Shown here: piece after piece, positions 57,366 to 64,000 of the stretch
How the letters are laid out: the number at the start of each line of letters is the position of its first letter
How positions within the stretch are numbered: position 1 is the first letter of the stretch
Assembly (NCBI GenBank): GCA_003252105.1
Contig: QKDL01000085.1
Span: 1,106 to 65,105, forward strand
From: Arcobacter sp.
Lineage (GTDB): Bacteria > Campylobacterota > Campylobacteria > Campylobacterales > Arcobacteraceae
Direction of reading: 5' to 3'
DNA: 64,000 nucleotides
Notes under the pieces: model-generated
Database searches by the model: none
What the model was told of the DNA's origin: nothing
What the model saw: the letters and a program-made list of their open reading frames with translations, nothing else
Position numbers and translations under genes: made by a program

Positions 57366-57887
57366 ATGGAAGTAACATATAAAAACGAAACATATACTTT
57401 AGGAAAAAAAGATAGAAAAATTGAAACAGAAGCACCGGCTGTTAGAGTAAAAATGGTAAATGGTGAAACAAAAGTAATAGGTATGATGGCACCTAAAATT
57501 CAAGTTCTAGTAACTTTCCCATGTATAAAAGCTTATAACAATGGTTTGCATAATATTCTACAAGAGTATGCTTCAAAAACTATTACATATATTATCACTA
57601 AAAGTAGTGATGAAAATCTTGCAAAAGTAAAAGAGGCTTATGGGATTGATGAAGGGTTAATCTCAAATGAATTTAAAAATTTCTCTTTAAAATTTGGAGT
57701 TAATATAAACGATGAACTTTTAGCAAAATCAATTTTTATAGTTGATAAAGAGGGTGTGATAAAATATATTGAAATCCCTTCAAATATAGAAACAAGTTTT
57801 GATTTAGAAAGTTTTAAAACTACACTTGATGAAGTTGTAAACTTTAAACAAAAAGGGCATACTCACGAAAACTGGATGGGTGTATAA
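57366..57887 (+). CDS. Thiol-peroxidase (Tpx)-like protein lacking the canonical peroxidatic motif
   Basis: EAPAV, VTFP, FGVNI..LLAKSIFIVDKEGVIKY.E. Confidence 0.65.
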   Translation: MEVTYKNETYTLGKKDRKIETEAPAVRVKMVNGETKVIGMMAPKIQVLVTFPCIKAYNNGLHNILQEYASKTITYIITKSSDENLAKVKEAYGIDEGLISNEFKNFSLKFGVNINDELLAKSIFIVDKEGVIKYIEIPSNIETSFDLESFKTTLDEVVNFKQKGHTHENWMGV

Positions 57888-58338
57888 AATGGCTATTTCA
57901 GATGAATTAAGAGAATGGATTAAAGATAACGATTACGATATCAACAATCTAAATTTACAAGGTAAACATGGAAACTCTGCAGTTATGAAAGCAGCCAGAG
58001 AAGGGGATATAAAACTTGTAAAAGAGTTAATTGGATTAGGGGCAGACCTTGATTTGAAAAATGTAGATGGAAACTCTGCTTTATGGAACTCATGTTTTGC
58101 AAATTCATATGATTGTTTTCATGCTTTAATTGATGCAGGGATTGATATAAACTCTGAAAATGTAAATGGAGTTACATCTTTAATGTATTGTGCAAGTGCT
58201 GGTAAAGAGGATTTTGTTCAACTTCTTATTGAAAATCAAGCAAATACAGAAGTGGAAAATCTTGATGGGTTTAAAGCTATTGATTTAGCTGTTACACCTA
58301 AAATATTTAAAATGTTAAAGAATGCAAGAGTTTCATAA
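57880..58338 (+). CDS. Ankyrin repeat protein
   Basis: GNSAVMKAA, GNSALW, GVTSLM repeats. Confidence 0.88.
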   Translation: MYKMAISDELREWIKDNDYDINNLNLQGKHGNSAVMKAAREGDIKLVKELIGLGADLDLKNVDGNSALWNSCFANSYDCFHALIDAGIDINSENVNGVTSLMYCASAGKEDFVQLLIENQANTEVENLDGFKAIDLAVTPKIFKMLKNARVS

Positions 58339-59578
58339 TAACACAAGTATTACTTTAAAAAATAGCTTCAGTCAAACACAGTTTATTGACTGGAGAACTC
58401 AACCTAAAAATTATAAAGAGTATCCAAAGTTTTTTAGAAGATTTAACCTTGATGATTATGAAGAGTTAAGGTTTATAAAAAACTTTGGAAAAATCACCCA
58501 AACAAAAAAATATGGAAATGAAGAAGTAAGTCTAAGAGCAAACCCAAGTGCTGGGGGATTGTACCCTTGTGAAATATATATTCAGATTAGAGGAGTCAAA
58601 GGGGTTTTATCTGGTATTTACCATTATGAACCACTTTTAGATACCCTTTGTTTAATCCATGAGCTAAGCCTTGATGGAATTGAAAAGTATTTTAAAGGTA
58701 TTAATCAACAAAAATTTGTTTTTTTAGTTAGTTGTGCTTACTTTAGATCTTCTTGGAAATATGAAAAAAGAGCTACTAGATATCTTCTTTTAGATGTTGG
58801 TCATCAAATTGGTTCAATATATAGCGCTTTGAAACTCAAAAATCTACCTACAAATCTTTGTTTAGACTTTGATAGAGAAAATTTAAATAAAGATTTTGGT
58901 TTTGAAAACAATGAGTTTTTCTTTGCTTCTATTCTTACAGAAGAATACAAAGACTACGAATGCAAAAAATCTTTAAGGGATACAATAGTTAATGTACCAC
59001 CTTGTGATTACCATATAAAAGAACCATTTATTGAAGATTTTTATAAAAAATCTTTAGAGCTTTATTATGAAAATATTGATCTTTTCAGATTTTTAGATGA
59101 TTTAGAAAAACAACAATTAGAAAATTCTATAAATACTAGACGTTCAATAAGAGGATTTAAAAAAGAATCCATCACAAAAGAAGAATTTGAGTTTATAACT
59201 GATTATATTTTTGAATTCTCTCAAAAATTTAATATAGAGATATATTTTATAAACAACAATATAGAAACTATTCAGAAAGGATGTTACAAAAATGTAACAT
59301 TGTTAAAAACAGGAGAGTTTGAAGAGCTTGCAACAAAGCTTGCATTTAACCAAAAACTGGGTGGTAGTAGTGCATTTACCCTTATTTATACTTCTAAAAA
59401 AGAGGAAAATTATATTAGAAACTATATTTTAGCTGGATTTCTAGCACATATAATTTATTTAAAATCAACATTATTAGGTATTGGTTGTAGTGGGGTTGGA
59501 GCATATTTTGATGATGAATGTGAAAAATTCCTTGAAACTTCAAACAATATACTTTATTTACAGGCAGTAGGAAAATGA
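58322..59578 (+). CDS. SagB/ThcOx-family nitroreductase (two domains)
   Basis: RANPSAGGLYP, RYLLLDVGH, RRSIRGF, SGVGAYFDD. Confidence 0.82.
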   Translation: MQEFHNNTSITLKNSFSQTQFIDWRTQPKNYKEYPKFFRRFNLDDYEELRFIKNFGKITQTKKYGNEEVSLRANPSAGGLYPCEIYIQIRGVKGVLSGIYHYEPLLDTLCLIHELSLDGIEKYFKGINQQKFVFLVSCAYFRSSWKYEKRATRYLLLDVGHQIGSIYSALKLKNLPTNLCLDFDRENLNKDFGFENNEFFFASILTEEYKDYECKKSLRDTIVNVPPCDYHIKEPFIEDFYKKSLELYYENIDLFRFLDDLEKQQLENSINTRRSIRGFKKESITKEEFEFITDYIFEFSQKFNIEIYFINNNIETIQKGCYKNVTLLKTGEFEELATKLAFNQKLGGSSAFTLIYTSKKEENYIRNYILAGFLAHIIYLKSTLLGIGCSGVGAYFDDECEKFLETSNNILYLQAVGK

Positions 59579-59874
59579 GTAAAGAAACATATGTAAATCT
59601 ATATAAAAAATATGAACTTTATAGAAGTGATATTTATATGTTAACAGAAGAGAAACCTGCTGAAATTTTCTTTTTATTTGAAGAGGTATGTGATGAATTA
59701 GTAAAAGAACTGGCTATAAATAGACAACTACCTCCTGAGTTTGTTGCAAATGCAAAATCTTTTGTAAATCAAAACACCTTTATACATGTATACTTTTCAC
59801 TTATAGACAATAGAGCTTTCTTTTTAAGCGACCTTATCGATTTTCTAGCCCTTATAAGAAGTAAACAAAAATAG
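59575..59874 (+). CDS. Hypothetical protein
   Basis: 99-aa ORF coupled to the nitroreductase stop. Confidence 0.5.
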   Translation: MSKETYVNLYKKYELYRSDIYMLTEEKPAEIFFLFEEVCDELVKELAINRQLPPEFVANAKSFVNQNTFIHVYFSLIDNRAFFLSDLIDFLALIRSKQK

Positions 59875-59884
59875 CTTCATGTTG

Positions 59885-59900
59885 TGGAACAACATTTGCA
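59885..59900 (+). promoter_or_regulatory. sigma54 promoter of the nifX operon
   Basis: TGGAACAACATTTGCA. Confidence 0.78.
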
Positions 59901-59931
59901 TATATATAAGCAAATTTATGAGGATAATGCC

Positions 59932-60327
59932 ATGAGTAGTATAAAAATAACATCGAATGATTCTAAAGAAGGATCAATAAAAGTAGCTTTTGCAACAAAA
60001 GATTTAGAGATGATTGACTCTCACTTTGGTAGTGCAAAACAGTTTGCTGTTTATGAGATAAGTAAAGACTCTATTAACTTAAGTGAAATCAAAAAAGTTG
60101 AAGAGAAAGATACTGACAAAGCAGTTGCTTTATTAAGCGGTATAGATATTGTTTATTTCACAAACGTTGGTGCTATTGCAGCGGCAAAACTTATTAATTC
60201 TGGAATATTTACTATTAAATATAAAGAAGAGGTAAGTATAAAAGAAGAGGTAAACAAACTAAAAGAGATGTTAAATACAAATCCTCCTCCATTTATTAAA
60301 AAAATCATTGCAAAAAAGGTTGCATAA
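59932..60327 (+). CDS. nifX: NifX (start re-assigned to 59932)
   Basis: KVAFAT..IDSHFGSAKQF, VGAIAA..L, PPPF; GAGGA RBS. Confidence 0.82.
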   Translation: MSSIKITSNDSKEGSIKVAFATKDLEMIDSHFGSAKQFAVYEISKDSINLSEIKKVEEKDTDKAVALLSGIDIVYFTNVGAIAAAKLINSGIFTIKYKEEVSIKEEVNKLKEMLNTNPPPFIKKIIAKKVA

Positions 60328-60758
60328 TGGATTATAAAAAACTTTTTATGGATACATTAATTGGTCAAGTAAGAGCCCTAGACCAATTTGGAACTTGGGT
60401 AAATAAATCAGATGAAGATATTTTAACTGAAAAGTATGTTAAGACTAAAGAACAGTTAAAAGAGATTCCAATTATTGCAGATATTGATGAGATGCAAGTT
60501 AAAGATATCAGAATCATCTACCAAGCAGTTGCTTTAGCTTTTGAAAAAATTACAGGAATTATGTGTTCAGTTGTAATGGAGATGAGTCACGAAGGTTTTG
60601 GTAAAGTTGTAGTTTATACAGATAATATTGTTTTATGTACAAAATCTTTTAAAGATGCACATAGGTTTTCATTTAGAAGTTTTGATAAGCTTGAAGAAGA
60701 GGGAGAGAAGAACCTTAAAAAAGCAATCGAAACTTTTGATAAATATAAAAACGTTTAA
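60327..60758 (+). CDS. NifX-associated nitrogen fixation protein (DUF269)
   Basis: VRALDQFGTW, MSHEGFG, FSFRSFDKLEEEG. Confidence 0.82.
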   Translation: MDYKKLFMDTLIGQVRALDQFGTWVNKSDEDILTEKYVKTKEQLKEIPIIADIDEMQVKDIRIIYQAVALAFEKITGIMCSVVMEMSHEGFGKVVVYTDNIVLCTKSFKDAHRFSFRSFDKLEEEGEKNLKKAIETFDKYKNV

Positions 60759-60773
60759 TTAAGGAGAAAAAAA

Positions 60774-61289
60774 ATGGCGAGTGTAGGAATTTTTTGTGGT
60801 ACAGCTGGTGGAACATCAATGGTAGTTGCAGAAGCATTAGCAGAAGCATTTGATGTAGAAGAGATAGTAAATATGGAAGAAGACTTTGATGATATCGAAC
60901 AATTTGAAGAGTTCGATGTTCTTTTCATTGGAAGCTCAACTTGGGGACAAGGAGATGTTCACTTCTCTTGGGTTGACCCTCAATTAGAGATGGAAGATGA
61001 AGGGATGGATTTATCAGGGAAAACTGTTGCATTTTTTGGAGCAGGTGATAGTATAAAACATGGTGAGCATTTTTGTTCAGCACTTGGAAAACTACATAAA
61101 ACATTTACTAATCTTGGAGCAAAAGCTGTAGGTTTTGTAGATGCAGGTGATTATAAATATGAGTTTTCACTAGCAGAGATGGATGGGAAATTATGTGGTT
61201 TAGCAATTGATAACCACAATGAAGAAGATAAAACAGATGAGAGAATCGAAAAGTGGGTAAGCCAACTTAAAGGTGAAATCTCTCTATAA
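60774..61289 (+). CDS. Long-chain flavodoxin (NifF-like)
   Basis: GTAGGTS, SSTWGQG, FGAGD, GLAID. Confidence 0.88.
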   Translation: MASVGIFCGTAGGTSMVVAEALAEAFDVEEIVNMEEDFDDIEQFEEFDVLFIGSSTWGQGDVHFSWVDPQLEMEDEGMDLSGKTVAFFGAGDSIKHGEHFCSALGKLHKTFTNLGAKAVGFVDAGDYKYEFSLAEMDGKLCGLAIDNHNEEDKTDERIEKWVSQLKGEISL

Positions 61290-61302
61290 AAAAGGATTTA
61301 CA

Positions 61303-61638
61303 ATGAAATCTTTAAACGATTTTTACAACTGCAGAGATGCAGAAGACTATTTTAAATTTTTTGACATTGAATTTGATCAATCATTAGTAAATGTAAAAAG
61401 ATTCCATATGATGAAAGAGTATGGGAATCTTATCAAAAGAGGTATGGCAAATATAGAAGGTGATGATAAAACTTTAGAGTTTTTGAAATTTTCTCTTCTT
61501 AGAGTATATGGAGACTATGTAAATGGTCACGCACCAAGTGCAGCTGACGTTTGGAACATGTATGAAACAGGAAAACTTGAAGGTTGTTCTTCATGTTCTC
61601 CATCTCCAGAAGGTTCAGGAGGAAGTTGTGGGTGCTAA
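61303..61638 (+). CDS. nifW: Nitrogenase-stabilising protein NifW
   Basis: DAEDYFKFFDIEFD..VNVKRFH; AAGGA RBS before 61303. Confidence 0.82.
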   Translation: MKSLNDFYNCRDAEDYFKFFDIEFDQSLVNVKRFHMMKEYGNLIKRGMANIEGDDKTLEFLKFSLLRVYGDYVNGHAPSAADVWNMYETGKLEGCSSCSPSPEGSGGSCGC

Positions 61639-62038
61639 AGATGGATTGGATCATAAACAAATAGTTGATCCTGATACGGTACTTCATGACAGCGTAACAG
61701 CTAGTAGATCTGGTAAAGATGAAGATGTAGCTAAATTTGGGATTGGTCAACAAGTAAGACTTGTTAAAGAGATTGTAAATGATGGAACATATCCCCATTC
61801 ACCTATTGGTACTCTTATGATGCCAGTAGGTTCTGTTGGATATATTAAATCTGTAGGAGAGTTTCTTCAAGTAATCAGAGTATATGAAGTTCATTTTTTA
61901 GGTGTTGAAGATGCACCTGTAGAAATAGTTGGCTGTAGAGAACATGAACTAGAAGCTATGGAAGATTACAGAAATGAAGTAGATGAAGAGCTTGAATTTA
62001 TGAAAAAACATAGAGAGAAATACTACAACAAAGATTAG
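61628..62038 (+). CDS. nifZ: NifZ (GTG start 61628)
   Basis: FGIGQQVR...NDGTYP, VGYIKSVGEFLQ..VYEVHF, VGCREHEL; GGAGG RBS. Confidence 0.85.
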   Translation: MGAKDGLDHKQIVDPDTVLHDSVTASRSGKDEDVAKFGIGQQVRLVKEIVNDGTYPHSPIGTLMMPVGSVGYIKSVGEFLQVIRVYEVHFLGVEDAPVEIVGCREHELEAMEDYRNEVDEELEFMKKHREKYYNKD

Positions 62039-62045
62039 TTGAAAA

Positions 62046-62105
62046 GTTAAAACCAAGTCAAATGAAAGAATTTAGAAGAATTTTTTCGTATGGCTTGGTT
62101 TTAAC
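62046..62105 (+). repeat. Long intergenic hairpin downstream of nifZ
   Basis: GTTAAAACCAAGTCA/TGGCTTGGTTTTAAC plus inner ATGAAAGAATT/AATTTTTTCGT with G-U pairs. Confidence 0.7.
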
Positions 62106-62129
62106 CAATCTAAAAAAAAGGAGAAGAAT

Positions 62130-62477
62130 ATGGCAAGAGTTATTTTCATGCATTTTAACACTGAAACTGACGGTGTTTATGATGCAAAAATCGGTGAACC
62201 TATTGTTAGGTTAGCAAAAGAGAAAGGTGTTCCGTTACCTTCTGATACTAAAGATTATTCTAAATGTTTAATCAGTGTAGAAAATCTTTCAGATGAAGAG
62301 CCTACTAGTTATATGGAAGATGAAGAGTTAGATTTATTAGTAGAGTATGGAGCTATCACTAAAGAAGAGGCAGAGCAATGCCAACAATTTACTATTAGCC
62401 CAAAAATTAGAATTGCACCTATGATGTTAATTAAAGGTGATATTCTAGTAAAACCATATAAAAAATTATCAAAATAG
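62130..62477 (+). CDS. 2Fe-2S ferredoxin-like protein lacking most cluster cysteines
   Basis: GEPIVRLAKEKGVPLP..C aligns with the neighbouring ferredoxin. Confidence 0.55.
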   Translation: MARVIFMHFNTETDGVYDAKIGEPIVRLAKEKGVPLPSDTKDYSKCLISVENLSDEEPTSYMEDEELDLLVEYGAITKEEAEQCQQFTISPKIRIAPMMLIKGDILVKPYKKLSK

Positions 62478-62507
62478 TAAGCGAATTCATTCGTTATTTA
62501 GGATTTG

Positions 62508-62544
62508 CTACTTTAGAATTGATTTCTCAATTCACTGAAAGTAG
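62508..62544 (+). repeat. Intergenic hairpin
   Basis: CTACTTT-A-GAATTGA / TCAATTC-ACTG-AAAGTAG. Confidence 0.6.
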
Positions 62545-62595
62545 ACATAAAAAAATTAAGTCCCTTAAAAAGGGTCAATTTAAAAGGAATAAATT

Positions 62596-62892
62596 ATGAC
62601 AACAAGAGTAGAAATTATCAACGATTTTTTAGCAATCAATGTTAAACCAGGAAGTACAATTCAAGATGTAGTTGAAGCATCTGGTTCAGCTTTACCATTT
62701 GGATGTAGAGATGGAGAATGTGGAACTTGTGTAGTAGAAGTTGAACAAGGTATGGAATTTTTATCAGAAATCAACGAAAAAGAGATTAAAGTAATTAAAG
62801 AAGCTTGTGCTGGAACTTGTACAGACAACACTAGACTTTCTTGTCAAATGAAAGTTGTAAAACCTAACGGTGTAGTTAGAATTAAGTACTAA
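62596..62892 (+). CDS. 2Fe-2S ferredoxin
   Basis: LPFGCRDGECGTC...RLSCQ. Confidence 0.9.
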   Translation: MTTRVEIINDFLAINVKPGSTIQDVVEASGSALPFGCRDGECGTCVVEVEQGMEFLSEINEKEIKVIKEACAGTCTDNTRLSCQMKVVKPNGVVRIKY

Positions 62893-62904
62893 AAAATATA
62901 CAGT

Positions 62905-62938
62905 TTTTACCCAAAATATACAATTTTTTTGGGTAAAA
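62905..62938. terminator. Inverted repeat after the ferredoxin gene, overlapping the rpoN -10
   Basis: TTTTACCCAAAA / TTTTGGGTAAAA. Confidence 0.55.
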
Positions 62939-62945
62939 TTCTGTT

Positions 62946-64000
62946 ATGGCACCAACATTAACAACATCAGTTGCTCAAAAGCAAAATTTAAATTTATCAT
63001 TAAAATTGTGGCTTCCAATGCTACAATCATCACTTCAAGACCTAGAGAAACATCTAAAAAATGTATCCTATGAAAATCCATTTTTGGAGATTAAGAAACC
63101 AAAAGAGTTTTATAACAATTTTATGCCTCAAGGAACTAGTGGAGAGTTTATTGAGTCAATGGCTTTTTATTCGGAATCTCTAAATGATGTTTTAACAGAT
63201 CAAATCTGTCCACCAAATTTTCCAACACCAAATTCACAAAAAGTTGCCTTTGAAATTTTATGTGATATAAATGAAGAGGGATATTTTGATGGAAATATTG
63301 AAGAGATTGCAAATACCTGTGGAGTATATAAAGAGTATGTTGAATCAATAAGACAAAGATTTTCAATGTTAGAACCAAGTGGAGTTGGAGCACTTGATTT
63401 AGCAGAATCTTTCCTTTTTCAACTTGATGCCTGTGATAGAAAAATTGATGATGAACTATATAATTTTATAAAAAAGATTATAAAAGATATTGCTCATTTA
63501 GATAAATATGCAGGACACCACAGATTTGAAGATGCAAAAGATATAATAAAATATTTTAATAATCCACCCGCAATAGATTATATTAATACAAATATTCAAG
63601 TAATCCCTGATTTTTTTGTAGAGATTGGTGAAGATATAAATATCAAAATCAATAATGCCTATTATCCAGATATTGAGGTAAAAGATCCATTTAGTTCAAA
63701 AAATGAATCAATAAAAGAGAAATTAAAAGAAGCAAGAGATTTAGTAAACCTTTTAAATCTTAGAAAATCAACCCTATATAAAATAGTGCTTTTAATAGTA
63801 GAAAAACAAATTAGTTTTTTTGTTGGGGGAGAATTAAAACCATTTTCTATGCAAGAGTTAGCACAAGAGTTAGGTTTTGCAGAATCAACAATCAGTAGAG
63901 CTGTAGCAAATAAGTATATTGAGTGTAATTTAGGGATATTCCCATTAAAACACTTTTTTACAAATGCAGTAAATAACAAAGATTTATCATCATCTCAAAT
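62946..64000 (+). CDS. rpoN: RNA polymerase sigma-54 factor, 3'-truncated by window edge (absent from the ORF track)
   Basis: MAPTLTTSVAQKQNLNLSLKLWLPMLQSS, ENPFLE, EPSGVGA, LKPFSMQELAQELGFAESTISRAVANKY, GIFPLKHFF. Confidence 0.92.
   Translation, partial: MAPTLTTSVAQKQNLNLSLKLWLPMLQSSLQDLEKHLKNVSYENPFLEIKKPKEFYNNFMPQGTSGEFIESMAFYSESLNDVLTDQICPPNFPTPNSQKVAFEILCDINEEGYFDGNIEEIANTCGVYKEYVESIRQRFSMLEPSGVGALDLAESFLFQLDACDRKIDDELYNFIKKIIKDIAHLDKYAGHHRFEDAKDIIKYFNNPPAIDYINTNIQVIPDFFVEIGEDINIKINNAYYPDIEVKDPFSSKNESIKEKLKEARDLVNLLNLRKSTLYKIVLLIVEKQISFFVGGELKPFSMQELAQELGFAESTISRAVANKYIECNLGIFPLKHFFTNAVNNKDLSSSQ

Noticed and set aside
59884-59931. Longer nifX start at 59884
   Set aside because: The extension overlaps the sigma54 promoter; the SD supports 59932
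3289-63979. Numerous 60-140-aa ORFs antisense or out of frame to long genes (e.g. 6900, 25468, 27223, 31339, 63148, 63662)
   Set aside because: Shadow ORFs of well-supported genes with no independent signals

Overview
AT-rich chromosomal window from a Campylobacterota bacterium, most likely Arcobacteraceae (inferred from gene order rnj-rsmA / hisF-rlmN-gltX and protein style). It has five blocks. (1) 1-17 kb: housekeeping genes, an anchor-less SdhAB/FrdAB-like pair and two parS-type palindromes, which suggest proximity to oriC. (2) 17-28.4 kb: a copper-resistance cluster (CusCBA/CrdA-like RND system, CopA, CopZ, split two-component system) with a recurring direct-repeat promoter box and a candidate CU-rich sRNA. 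(3) 28.4-34.3 kb: mixed genes plus two unannotated paralogous ~30-aa membrane peptides. (4) 34.3-36.7 kb: a mini accessory island with an ORF6N gene, a putAbiC-like gene broken by one in-frame stop, and three structured non-coding elements, followed by nrdBA and purB. (5) 42.5-64 kb: a nitrogen-fixation accessory cluster (nifQ, V, B, E, N, X, W, Z, ferredoxins, flavodoxin, FprA) with six sigma54 promoters and rpoN at the right edge. An AbiF-like HEPN gene with a pseudoknotted leader RNA lies between nifE and nifN. nifHDK, nifA, tRNA, rRNA, CRISPR arrays and transposases were not seen. All calls are by eye from sequence motifs; no database searches were run.
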